NCBI GenBank assembly: GCA_050230475.1
Contig: JBFLGF010000104.1
Location: 58,712-78,711, forward strand
Direction of reading: 5' to 3'
DNA: 20,000 nucleotides
Source of the DNA: Ancylonema sp.
Taxonomy: Eukaryota
Positions 1-10,993 of the stretch are shown here, piece after piece. The notes below the pieces were generated by a model. It ran no database searches and had not been told where the DNA came from. It worked only from the letters and a program-made list of their open reading frames with translations. Numbering within the stretch: the stretch's first letter is position 1; every line of letters starts with the position of its first letter. The position numbers and the translations under genes were made by a program.

Positions 1-8
1 CGCATTAC

Positions 9-83
9 CTCCCAGCGCCCACTTGTGACTGGTGGCATTCGAGTGCAGAAACTTTGGGTGCACTCTCACGTGGTCCATGCCCC
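9..83 (-). CDS. MORC: MORC-family GHKL ATPase, coding exon 2; gene continues beyond the left edge
   Basis: TTCAG acceptor (88-84), then in phase (G)GMDHVRVHPKFLHSNATSHKWALG, the plant MORC signature preceding the ATPase domain. GTAATG donor at 8-3. Intron 84-253 is 170 nt. Confidence 0.93.
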
Positions 84-253
84 CTGAACCCTCATAAACC
101 TCCAAAGGTCTTCCTGCCTGTATCAGATAACGGAGGGCGGTCGAGGAGGGGCTTGCAGGCGAATTCCCCCTCTAATCGGCTGAAGACTCTAATCCCTGCA
201 TAGATGCTTACATGCTAGGCCAGACCCAAGACAAGCTCCTCTACCCTCCTCAC

Positions 254-854
254 CTTGGATTTTTTGGTCTGCTTTCTGTTTGGGCTGGTAGTCCCCGGCG
301 TGCCAAAACTGTTTCCTGTTCATGCTCCCGCTTAGAGGCCGCAGAACATCCTGGGTGTTGCCAGGTGGCTGGCTCTCTGCGGGCAGTTCTAGGAGATGCG
401 GTTTCTGGCTGCCAGCTGGATTTGTAGGCGGAGCTGCAGACTGTAGAGCAGGAGATTGCTGGCTGCCAGGTGGCAGGTTCTCGCTGGGCGTGAGTTGCAA
501 GCTACCTGCCGGGAAAGGTACAGCTGGCGACTGCGACGTATTTACGGGAACAGCTGATGCATTCACGGTGGTATCGGCATGGATAGTATTACGTGGAAGA
601 GAAAAGGCGGGCGGTTCTAGCTTTGGCTTTTTCCTCGGCATAATAGGTGCAATGCTAGTGATTTTGATGCCCCCACCCGGCGCAGCCGTCTTGCCTGCGG
701 AGTATGGGGAATCCCGAGGAGGTTCGGTCTTTACTTGGGGCATCAATGGGGCCAGGGACGGCACGGGACCCTCAGGTTCGGCCTCACTATCGCTAAGGTC
801 GATAAGGTCGACCGTGGCATCACCATACATCTGCTGATTGCCATCTCCTGGCAT
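254..854 (-). CDS. MORC: MORC-family GHKL ATPase, coding exon 1 (disordered Pro/Ser-rich N-terminus; start ATG at 854 or 830 uncertain)
   Basis: Open frame ends ...MNRKQFWHAGDYQPKQKADQKIQG, matching the plant MORC N-terminal (R/K)QFW(K/H)AGDY motif. It is followed by a phase-1 GTGAG donor at 253-249. Confidence 0.85.
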
Positions 855-2119
855 CTCAGAGGAGGCCAGCAGAAAATGGAGAGGAGGAACAGGCCAACAC
901 CATTGGGCACTACCCTTCCCCCCTCGCCCCTGCTGAAAAGCTATACAGCGGCTGCAAAGTGGGCCAAACCAATCAAATTGCGCGTCCGCAAGGCTCCAAG
1001 CGTGCGATCGAACCAAACCTGCCGCGCCAATTTCCAGGCCTTTTCGCGCACAACGGCCTCCGGCCTCATACGGAACCCCCCGACCCGTACTTCGTGGATG
1101 CCTGCGTTCAGGAAAAGTCTCTGTCTCGTCGTACTACCACCGTGCGGAGCCACGGCGGCTCATGGAAACAGTCTCGCGCTCGCTGTCCAAGGTGCTATAC
1201 CTTTATCGGGCGCGGTTAGTGACGCTTGGAAATCGCTCTTAAAAGTTCTACTTTGCGATGCATGGAGTGTCACTAGCACAAATGGTAGGGACACATAGCT
1301 AGAGAATAAGACACTTTGGGCATAGGCATATGTATTATCTAACATGCGCCTCTTGGCAGCGGAGGGCGTTGTCATTACGAATCCGCCGAGCGCATGTAGC
1401 GGAGTTCAAATGAATATCAAAGAAACTCAAAGAGAACAATAGATTTCCACATGTACCACCCACATGTGGGTGACATTAGAGAATCGGGAACAGCGGCTGC
1501 CAATATCTTGGCACGGGCACATACGATGTTCAGATTTAGGTACAATGAGGCGTTCGAGTGCTAAAGGATAGTCCGTCTTTATCACAGGCACCGAAGTCCG
1601 AAGACCAATAGTGGATTATGTTGGTGAACATGCGAGATTGCAGATAGATCTGCGGTGTATTATTGCATGGATTTTTTGAAATCTCCTCCCTGACTTTCCG
1701 CCTCAGCCCCTCGGATGGTGCCTTCACCCCCGTTTCTACCCCGCTTCCACATTTTCTCCCCTCTTTGTCCTCTCCCACCTTTCCTTTCCATATCCGTCTT
1801 GGCCTCGTCCGTCTCATCCCATGATAGGCTAATCTCTAGAAGATGTGTCAATCTCTTATCCCTCGACCAGTGGGTGAAATTGTGTACCCTATGATTTCCT
1901 ATCTCATCCTCTTCTTTTTCCTTTTCCACCCCCTTGTCTCTTTCCACCATGCCCATATCCCTGTAACAGTGCGATATGCGCATTTGTGTGTAACTCTAAT
2001 AATCTATCATCAAGGTAATTTTCGATTGCGCCTATGAGCCGGCTGGCTTGGACGCCGATATGAGGCGTGCGCTCCTATTGAGTATTATTTATACAGACAA
2101 TAACTTCCGTGAATTCATA

Positions 2120-2600
2120 CATCTTCGAATATTAGATTTCACCGACCTCGCGATAGTGGTAACCTATTTTAAGACCAACATTTCGGCGTGTCGAAGTAGG
2201 TTGTCGTATAGAGAGGCCTCGTGTGGCTGTACGGGGTTGTTTTGCCGTTGTAAGTTGTAGAGGTGTTTGTGTGCGTTATGCCGAGGATTAAGGCTGAGAA
2301 TGTTCCAGTCTTGCTAGCGTTGAATTTAAGTGATCACAAACCTTTCGCGATTGGTTGGGGGTACTCGGCATCTATTGGTCCTCCAGGATTTCTTACATCC
2401 CATAAGTCCTAAGTCGATAGTTCCAGATCTAGCGAACGGGGTGCCGCTGTCACTCGTGCGACCGTCAAGTTAGACTTTTGGACCAACGCTGCTCCGTTGA
2501 GCTCGTTGGTGTCCGCTTAATAAACGTTTAAGAGAAGACTCATTGTACACCTTTCCGGCACATTCCCGGACGAGTTACTTTTGATTTCATGTGCACGTGC
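2120..2600 (+). repeat. Diverged repeat, inverted homologue of ~16700-17190 (probable old LTR-type sequence)
   Basis: The reverse complement shares colinear blocks with 16700-16895 (tccgggaa, caatg.gtct, aaagtcta, gtcgcacg.gtgaca.cggcaccc.gtt.gcta, ctatcg, aggacttat). Weaker blocks extend to ~17190. Confidence 0.6.
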
Positions 2601-3430
2601 AATCGTCTATGCTATGCTGGAATGCCCTTGAGCCTCAAAAGTGTGCTGATTTCGTCTCGCACTTTGGCACCTATCGCATTTCTTGCTTTGTATAGTCGTG
2701 CCCGAAAAGTCTTCCAACCCAAAAAACGCAGCACGAGTAGCCCAAGTCTTGATGACAAAGCTCACACAAAGACGCACTCGCAGCCTGCCGTTCAGGGGTT
2801 TTAGTTCTTTGTGCTAAAATTCCGTTTCGGCGTAGGAAGTACAGTAAGGTTTGTATGGCGGCGTGGTCTCTAGCATTCGGAGCATGGCCAACCACACCAG
2901 CATGTCATTTTACTAGCCTTATCTTATGCCGAGTCCGTATCCCAGGAGTTCGTGAGCTGGATTTTAGTGTTCGAAAAATCCTTTGATGTGGTCATAGCCG
3001 CGCTAAATTTCGTACCGTTTGTGGCGGAAAGTTTGCAACTCCTCGAGTCATCCTGTGTGCCACCATGGAGGGCTGGTGTTGTACAGATTCGGCCAATAAT
3101 CAACGCCGAGCCAACTTCTAACGGAGTCTCACATCAAGATGTCGGGGAAGGGCAGTCTGAAATTATCATGTGTCAATCTGGTCAAGTAGCACTTGTGGAG
3201 GAGCTTCCACGTGGGTAGCCAGATGGAGAGCCAAGAGAGAAAAGTGAGGAACATCTACAGCTCATCTGCGTTGGTTTCAAAAACGAAGTCCATAGGCTAG
3301 CGAGCAGCAACGTCAGCCCCAAGGCGTTCTCTGAATCTCCTTCCTAGTCTCCATCAGCTCCATGAGCTGACTTCCACTGCAACCTCGGTGGTAGCCCGAA
3401 CTCTTTCCCCTCTCTCGGTTTTTTTTCTTA

Positions 3431-3742
3431 AGACTCCTATAGGTTCCACGCGATTCACTGTGCCAAGTCACGGAACATAACGGTAAATTGCGCTTGTGTT
3501 GTTAGGGCAATTCGGGTGGGAAATTTTCTGCACGTAATTGCGGATTGTGTGTGAGGATGTTATTAGGGGCTAGCTGACTCGCTGCGGCCGCTTCTGAGTG
3601 TGTATGTGCTTCAGCTAGTTTTACTGCTTGCGGTGTTTTTTGCGCTTGTATTACTAACGTGCTCGCAGAATGGGGGACAAGAGTAACATCCCGTAGTTCA
3701 CTGGGGCCGCATACAAGGCGTGGGCGTTCAAGATGCGATTTG
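3431..3742 (+). mobile_element. Ty1/Copia copy A, 5' fragment (5' UTR plus gag start; no LTR)
   Basis: Inverted near-copy of 15816-16145. ATG at 3670 gives MGDKSNIP*FTGAAYKAWAFKMRF, a Copia gag N-terminal motif. Cut by the Gypsy LTR at 3743. Confidence 0.85.
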
Positions 3743-4208
3743 TGTTAGGACCCTCGCTACAGTCACTAGAGCTCCTTAGCGAGGTCCTCACACTTAGCGC
3801 TAGAGCGCTATTAGCTCAGATTCCCCTGTAGTGAGTTCTGTCCCAATAGAGTGGGAGTTGTGTCCCCAGCGGCCGCCTGGCCCCTAGGGATTATTCTGAT
3901 GTGTCCTTACCTCCGGCAGTTGTGCCGTTAGCCAGACTTGATGTGTCCTTAGCATATCCAGAGTGAGTTATCCCACTTGGAGTCGGGATTCAGACCTGAG
4001 CCAGTTTACTATATATAGTCGATAGGAATGCCTTTAGAGCATTCCTATCAACTCATGTACTTGCACATTGTGCCTCTACTACCATACCTACTCGACCATC
4101 TTGACCATCGGCTCATTCGCCCCTATCCTATCTCATTTTCACCATCATTTTCGTGTGTGCATTCGCAACCCAGTTTGCTAGGAGCTCCATCATAGTCCAC
4201 TCCTAACA
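3743..4208 (+). repeat. 5' LTR of Gypsy element 1 (466 bp)
   Basis: TGTTAGGA...TCCTAACA terminal inverted repeats. Homologous inverted copies at 8883-9333 and 10554-10993. TATATATA at 4010-4017. Confidence 0.93.
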
Positions 4209-4210
4209 CT

Positions 4211-4221
4211 TTGATAGGAAT
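4211..4221 (+). promoter_or_regulatory. Self-priming primer-binding site (TTGATAGGAAT)
   Basis: Lies 2 nt after the LTR and lacks the TGG start of a tRNA PBS. It is the exact reverse complement of ATTCCTATCAA at 4041-4051, 31 nt after the start of the TATA box. Confidence 0.85.
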
Positions 4222-4283
4222 ACACTTGAGATTTTTTTAAACTTTTTTAGGCAAAAAAATTCTTTCTCAGTTCAGTTTTCTTC

Positions 4284-5358
4284 ATGGAGTTGCAACATAT
4301 TGTCGAGACTCTGAATGCAATGAGGTTGCAACTCAAACATGGAACGGCAGGCGGAGGCGGAATCAGATGATAGAATAGCAATTATTTGCTCAATCGAGCG
4401 AGCTTCATGAAAAACAAAAGGTGGTGGAGGCGCACCTCAGCTCCCCATCTCCTATCTCAGCCCTCCCCACTTCCTTTGCTCAACCTATCCCTGATTCCCC
4501 ACCCGTCTACAAGCCACCCTCCTCAGAAATGGTCCTCCCTGATTTACAGAAATATTCAAGCGATTCTGCAAGTCTGGCAACTTTTCTACGACTAGTGCGG
4601 TAACCAGATTCGGGTGGCTCGCTCCTATCAGATTCTCTGACCTTGAGCATACAGTCCTCTACTTCTCCTTTCCTAACTGGTGCGGCTGGCGACTGGTTCA
4701 CTCAGCAACACGACCCAGATAGCAACCTTCCCGCGGGTTATGACGTGAACGCTCTTCTCAGGGGGCTGACTGAAGCTTTTGGCGACACCCCATCCAACCT
4801 GACCACAGAACGCCAGCTGCGGGAACTCAAACAAACAGGGGGCGTTCAGGACTTCACTTCCAAGTTCAGAACCTTAGTCAGAGGGTTTCAGGGGTGGGGA
4901 GATCATCCATTGATATTCACTTACTTTGACAAACTGAAGCCAGAGCTCAGGCAGGAGATCTTGAAGGTTCAGTCGTCCCCCCCTGACACTTTCTCCGAGT
5001 ATGTTACCTTTGTCAAGAACATCGAAAACGCCCTGGCTGCTGCTCGTTTGGATAGACCCTCCAGATCCAACATCCCCCCACCAGCCAGAGTGGCAGATCA
5101 GTTACCCCAGCAGCTGCCCCCTCACCTGCAGATTGTCCCCATGGACATCGATGGCACCCGCCGCCAGATCCTCAAGGTAGAACCCGCGGAGATATGGCCC
5201 CCGCGCCGTGTGTGGCTGGCAACCTGTGTCTTTATACTGTGGGGCCTGCCAGAGGCCATGACAACAAAACCTGCCCCAACAAGGGCAAGGGCCGCACCGT
5301 GCGCTTCCTCGATCTGCAGCCCCCAGAGTCAAAAAACGACTACCCCACACAATCCTAG
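4284..5358 (+). pseudogene. gag: Gypsy gag (frameshifted)
   Basis: MELQHIVETL...PDLQKYS...SFLTGAAGDWF...LRELKQTGGVQDFTSKF...VPMDID. Broken CX2CX4HX4C knuckle at ~5225-5275. Ends ...PESKNDYPTQS*. Confidence 0.88.
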
Positions 5359-8300
5359 GAGGGGTCTGTGCGGGTCCCCTTCCCCTACCCTCCCCATTTC
5401 CCCACCCCCGCCAGCTTCTGCTGGCCTGCCATCTGCTCCGTTACCCCCTCCCGTCCATATCTGTCAAAGTGCTGATCGACTCTGGGGCGTCAGGCAACTT
5501 TATAGACCCGCAGGTTTTGTCAGACAACAACCTCCCAACCCACCCCCATCCCCACCCCATCCCACTCGAGCTGATAGACGGTAGCCCCCCGGCTGCGGGC
5601 CCCATTACCTGCTATTTTTCGGCGCAGCTCAGATCCCCAGGCAACCACACGGAAACCATCACCTTGGACGTCACCCGGCTGGCGCACTGCCCGGTGGTCC
5701 TCGGTTTCCCGTGGCTGCACAAACATAACCCAAACATAGATTGGAAGTCAGGCACCGTATCCCTCACCAGCCCTCACTGTGCAGCTCAGTGCTTGTTTCC
5801 AAACCCACCACCACCCCCATACCCAGTCCCCAACCTTCCCCCCCTTCCCCCCTTCCCTTACCCCAAGCCCAGCCAAAACCTGCACTTTTACACGCGGTTC
5901 AGCTCCCTCCAGACCCTGCCCTTCTCGCCCAGCTGCCTCCCGAATACCACACGACTTTGGAGACGTGTTCTCCGAGCAATCTGCTTCCCCCCCACAGGCC
6001 TTACGACTTGGAGATCCCCCTCCTGGGTGCAGAACCCCCCTGGGGGCCAATTTACTCCCTGTCAGAACCAGAGCTGGCAACTCTTAAGACATACATCACT
6101 GACAACCTGCGCAACGGCTTCATCCGGCCGTCGTCCAGCCCGGGAGGAGCACCTGTCATGTTCATCAAAAAACCTGACGGGAAACTACGCTTGTGCGTCG
6201 ACTACCGCAAGCTAAATGCAGTGACTCAAAAATCGCTGCCCTCTACCCCTCATACCTGAGCTGCTGGACCGCCTAAACTCCGCCACGATCTTCACGAAGA
6301 TCGACCTCCGCAGCCTACCACCAGCTGCGAGTAAAGGAGGGGGATTAGTACAAGACCGCATTCCGCTGCCGCTATGGGCACTACGAATACCAGGTCTGCC
6401 CTTTCGGGCCCACCAATGCCCCGGCAGCATTCCAGTCTTTCATCACGTCTTTCGGGCCCCTCTCGACGCCTCGCAAACCTTCTCGACGACATGATTATCT
6501 ATTCCCCATCCCCTGCTGAACCCCTCACGTCCTCTATCCTGGCGATCCTACGAGAAAATAAACTCTACGCCAAAATCGAGAAGCCAGTTCAATACGGATA
6601 CTATCGCTTTTCTAGGCTACCAGGTCTCTCCAGCAGGCGTGGGTATGGATCCCCAGAAAGTGGCATCTCTCCTTGACTGGCCGCAGCCCTAGTCCGTCAA
6701 GGAGGTCCAGTCATTTCTGGGGTTTGCTAATTTCTACAGGCGTTTTATTACGATTATTCGACGGTGGCGTGCCCCCATACCTCATTAACACGCAAGGGAG
6801 CGACCTTTGGCTGGACACGGGAGGCGGAGGCAGCTTTCACATCTCTCAAGCGGGCCTTCACTTCCGCTCCAGTGTCCTGCAGCACTTCCAGCCCCTGCAG
6901 CCACTCACCCTCGAAGCCGACGCCTCAAACTTCGGCCTCGGCTGCGTTTTATCGCAGCCAGACGCCAGCGGCGAACTCCACCCCGTCGCGTTCTACTCCC
7001 GCAAGTTCATCCCCGCAAAACTAAACTACCCTATCTACGATAAAGAACTGCTAGCCATCGTGGCGGCCTTTCGTCAGTGGCGCGTCTATCTGGAAGGGGC
7101 AGCACACCCTATTGTGGTCTATACGGACCACAAGAACCTGGAATACTTTCAGGCAGCCCGAACTACATCTCGAAGGCATGCTAGGTGGGCCGAGACGCTG
7201 GCAGCCTACGACTTCACTATTGTCTACCGGAAGGGGTCCAGCAATGGCAAGCCAGACGCCCTCTCCCGCAGACCTGACTACCTGCTGCCAGCTACATCCC
7301 CCCACCCTATCCTCCCCCCACCAGCTCTTCTACCAATTCCCCCGGTGCGTGCGGCGGCTATCCTGCTCGCACCTAACGACCCCATCCTACACGACGTGCG
7401 CGCTGCTCAGCTAGCGGACCCTACTCTATACGCTATCGTTACGTCCCTACAACCAGGACCCGCTCGGGAATCCAACCCGAGTCGCACTGCAGGCGAGTCC
7501 AATTTCCCATACACCCTACGAGACGGCCTTCTCTACCATAGCGGCCGACTCGCTATTCCCTCTACCGCTGCAGCTCTTATCATTTCTATCCTGACACAAT
7601 ACCACGACACCTATGGCAGGCCACTTCGGCACTGCCCGCACGCACGCGCTGGTGGCGCAGTACTTCCACTGGCCTGGCCTCTCGAAGGCAGTGGAGGAGT
7701 ACGTGCGTACGTGCGACATCTGCGCCCGGAACAAGCCGGTGCGCCATGCGCCCTATGGACTGCTGTCCCCTCTCTCCCTATCCCTATACAGCCCTGGGCC
7801 AGTGTCTCCCTAGATTGGATTACTGACCTACCCCCGAGCCAGCGACTATCACGACGCCATTCTTGTGGTCGTCGACCGCCTCACGGAAGCAGGCCCACTT
7901 TCATTCCGACTACCAAGGCAAAGGCCATGGCGGCTCCTGAGGTCGCAGCGTTGTTCGTGCAGCAAGTCGTGCGCCTGCATGGGGTGCCCGGCAGCCTCAT
8001 CAGCGACCGCGTTCCCATCTTCACCAGCCATTTTTGGCGCCGGCTGTTGGAGCTGCTCGGCGTCAGGGCCAACCGCGCCTCTGCTTTTCACCCGCAGACG
8101 GACGGGCAGACGGAGCGCCTTAACTCTAGAACAATATCTGCGCATCTACACCGATTACCAGCAATCCGATTGGTCCCAACTCCGCTGGCGGAGTTCGCTA
8201 AGCACTCCGCCTTCCCTGTTTTCCTACAACAATTCCCTACATTCTGCCACATCCCTGACCCCGTTCTTCGCCAACCACGGTTTCCATCCCCAACTCTCCC

Positions 8301-8869
8301 TCCTCCCTCCCACCCCGTACACCCCAACCCCGTCGGCGGATGCATACGTGAAGGTGATTCACGACGCACAGATTCTACTCGAGACGTCGCTGAAAAAATC
8401 CCGGCCAATCGCAAGCGTCGCAGCTCCCATATTTCCGCCGGGTCATAAAGTATGGCTCCTCCGGCGCCACGTCGCATCCACTCGTCCTTCTGCCAAACTG
8501 GACGTTCGTCGCCTGGGTCCTTTTCCTGTCATTGGTTCAGATCGGCTCCTCGTCGTTTCGCTTGGAGCTGCCGCCTTCCATCCGCATCCATCCCGTTTTC
8601 CACGTAGCGCTTCTGGAGCCATATGTGAAAACTCCTTTCCTGGCCGTGACGTGCCGCAGCCACCACCGGTCATCGTGGACGGCGCTCCGCACCATGAGGT
8701 GGCCACAGTTCTCGACTCCAAATTCGTGCGACGCCGGCTATTTTACCTCGTCGATTGGGTCGGGTACGATGAATCGGAGCGTTCTTGGGAACCTGCTGAC
8801 AACATGGAAAATGCTGCGGACGCGGTCGCCGATTTCCATGCCACATTTCCCGCTCGGCCTGCACCGCCT
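5331..8869 (+). pseudogene. pol: Gypsy pol: protease, RT, RNase H, integrase, chromodomain (many single-base indels)
   Basis: Protease [41 protein letters not shown]. RNase H EADASNFGLG, NYPIYDKELLAI, YTDHKNL. Integrase GHFG...CDIC, SLDWITDLP, ISDR, DGQTERLN, LGPF. Chromodomain HEVATVLDSK...YLVDWVGYDESERSWEP. Confidence 0.95.
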
Positions 8870-8882
8870 ATTCCTATCAAAG

Positions 8883-9333
8883 TGTTAGGAGTGGAATATG
8901 ATGGAGCTCCTAGCAAACTGGGGTGCGAATGCACATACGAAAATGATGGTGAAAATGAATCGATAGGATAGGGGCGATTGAGCCGATGGTCAAGATGGTC
9001 GAGGAGGTCTGGTAGAGGCACAATGTGCAAGTACATGAGTTGATAGGAATGCTCTAAAGGCATTCCTATCGACTATATAAACTGGCTCATAAACTGGCTC
9101 AGGTCTGAATCACGACTCCAAGTGGGATAACTCACTCTGGATATGCTAAGGACACATCCAGTCTGGCTAACGGCACAACTGCCGGAGCGAAGGACACATC
9201 AGAATACTCCCTAGGGGCCAGGCGGCCGCTAGGGACACCACTCCCACTCTATAGGGACAGAACTCACTACTGGGGAATCTGAGCTAATAGCGCTCTAGCG
9301 CTAAGTGTGAGGACCTTAGCGAGGGTCCTAACA
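8883..9333 (-). repeat. 3' LTR of element 2
   Basis: Reverse complement of 3743-4208, with a ~23-bp deletion near 9316 and a short duplication (taaactggctca) at ~9078-9101. Confidence 0.9.
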
Positions 9334-10553
9334 GTACCCCCCCCTCACGGCGCGGAACGCGATGAGGGAGGCGGTGCAGGCCGAGCGGGAAATGTGGCAT
9401 GGAACTCTGCGACCGCGTCAGCTGCATTGTCCATGTTGTCGGCAGGTTCCCAAGAACGCTCCGATTCATCGTATCCGACCCAATCGACGAGGTAAAATAG
9501 CCGGCCCCGCACGAATTTGGAGTCCAGAACTGTGGCCACCTCATGGTGAGGCGCGCCGTCCACAACGACTGGAGGTGGAGGCGCCACGACACGACCCGGG
9601 AAGGAGTTGGCATGGTACGGCTCGAGGAGGCTGACGTGGAAGACGGGGATGGAGTTTCACAGAAACCGGCAGCTCCAAGCGATACGACGAGGTGCCGATC
9701 TGGTCTGGAGGGTCTGTCCAAACGAGCAGCAGCCAGGGCGTTTTCGATGTTCTTGACAAAGGTAACATACTCGGAGAAAGTATCAAGGGGGGACTGAACC
9801 TTCAAGATCTCCTGCCTGAGCTCTGGTTTCAGTTTGTCAAAGTAAGTGAATATTAATGGATGATCTCCCCACCCCTGAAACCCTCTGACTAAGGTTCTGA
9901 ACTTGGAAGTGAAGTCCTGAACCTGTTTGTTTGAGTTCCCGCAGCTGGCGTTCTGTGGTCAGGTTGGATGGGGTGTCGCCAAAAGCTTCACTCAGCCCCC
10001 GGAGAAGAGCGTTCACGTCCTAACCCGCGGGAAGGTTGTTATCTGGGTCGTGTTGCTGAGTGAACCAGTCGCCAGCAGCACCAGTTAGGAAAGACGAGAA
10101 GTAGAGGACTGTATGCTCAGGGTCAGAGAATCTGATAGGAGCCACCCGAATCTGGTTACGCACTAGTCGTAGAAAAGTTGCCAGATTTGCAGAATCGCCA
10201 GAATATTTCTGTAAATCAGGGAGGACCATTTCTGAGGAGGGTGGCTTGTAGACTGGTGGGGAAACAGGGATAGGTTGAGCAAAGGAAGTGGGTAGGGCTG
10301 AGATAGGAGATGGGGTGCTGAGGTGCGCGCCTCCACCACCTTTTTTTTCATGAAGCTCGCTCGATTGAGCAAATAAGGTTGTTATTCTATCATCTGTTTC
10401 CGCCTGCCGTTCCATGTTTTCGCTGAGTTGCAACCTCATTGCATTCAGAGTCTCGACAATATGTTGTAACTCCATGAAGAAAACTGAACTGAAAAAGTGA
10501 ATTTTTTTCCCTAAAAAAGTTTAAAAAAAATCTCAAGTGTATTCCTATCAAAG

Positions 10554-10993
10554 TGTTAGGCGTGGAATATGATGGAGCTCCTAGCAAACTGGGTTGCGAA
10601 TGCACACACGAAAATGATGGTAAACTGAGTCGATAGGATAGGGGCGAATGAGCCGATGGTCAAGATGGTCGAGTAGGTATGGTAGAGGCACAATGTGCAA
10701 GTACATGAGTTGATAGGAATGCTCAAAGGCATTCCTATCTAATGGTAAACTGGCTCAGGTCTGAACGACTCCAAGTGTAACTCACTCTGTGCTAAGGACA
10801 CATCAAGGCTAACGGCACAACTGCCGGAGCTAAGGACACATCAGAATACTCCTAGGGGCCAGGCGGCCGCTAGGGACACAACTCCACTCTATAGGGACAG
10901 ACTCGCAGGGGAATCTGAGCTAATAGCGCTCTAGCGCTAAGTGTGAGGACCTCGCTAAGGAACGCTCTAGTGACTGTAGCGAGGGTCCTAACA
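10554..10993 (-). repeat. 5' LTR of element 2
   Basis: Reverse complement of 3743-4208 with multiple small deletions. Followed on - by CT plus the PBS and the same leader as 4209-4283. Confidence 0.9.

Larger units (their letters stand above)
8870..10993 (-). mobile_element. Internally deleted sibling of element 1 (element 2), inserted inverted into element 1
   Basis: 5' LTR 10993-10554, PBS 10551-10541, gag from 10475, deletion junction ~9700, integrase tail/chromodomain, PPT ~9346-9337, 3' LTR 9333-8883. CCGCC(T) duplicated at 8864-8869 and 10994-10999. Confidence 0.92.

Noticed and set aside
189..1016. 275-aa ORF as a single-exon protein
   Set aside because: It runs into the intron after 254 and starts at a non-ATG codon; the spliced MORC model fits better.
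1400..1960. Possible Penelope-like or LINE 3' fragment (KLKENNRFPHV plus pyrimidine-rich tail)
   Set aside because: Only a few residues of resemblance and broken frames; not supportable without a search.
4284..8869. The many frameshifts in element 1 as programmed recoding or old age
   Set aside because: Dense 1-2 nt indels with well-preserved motifs resemble long-read consensus error; only the 5331 site has a recoding signature.
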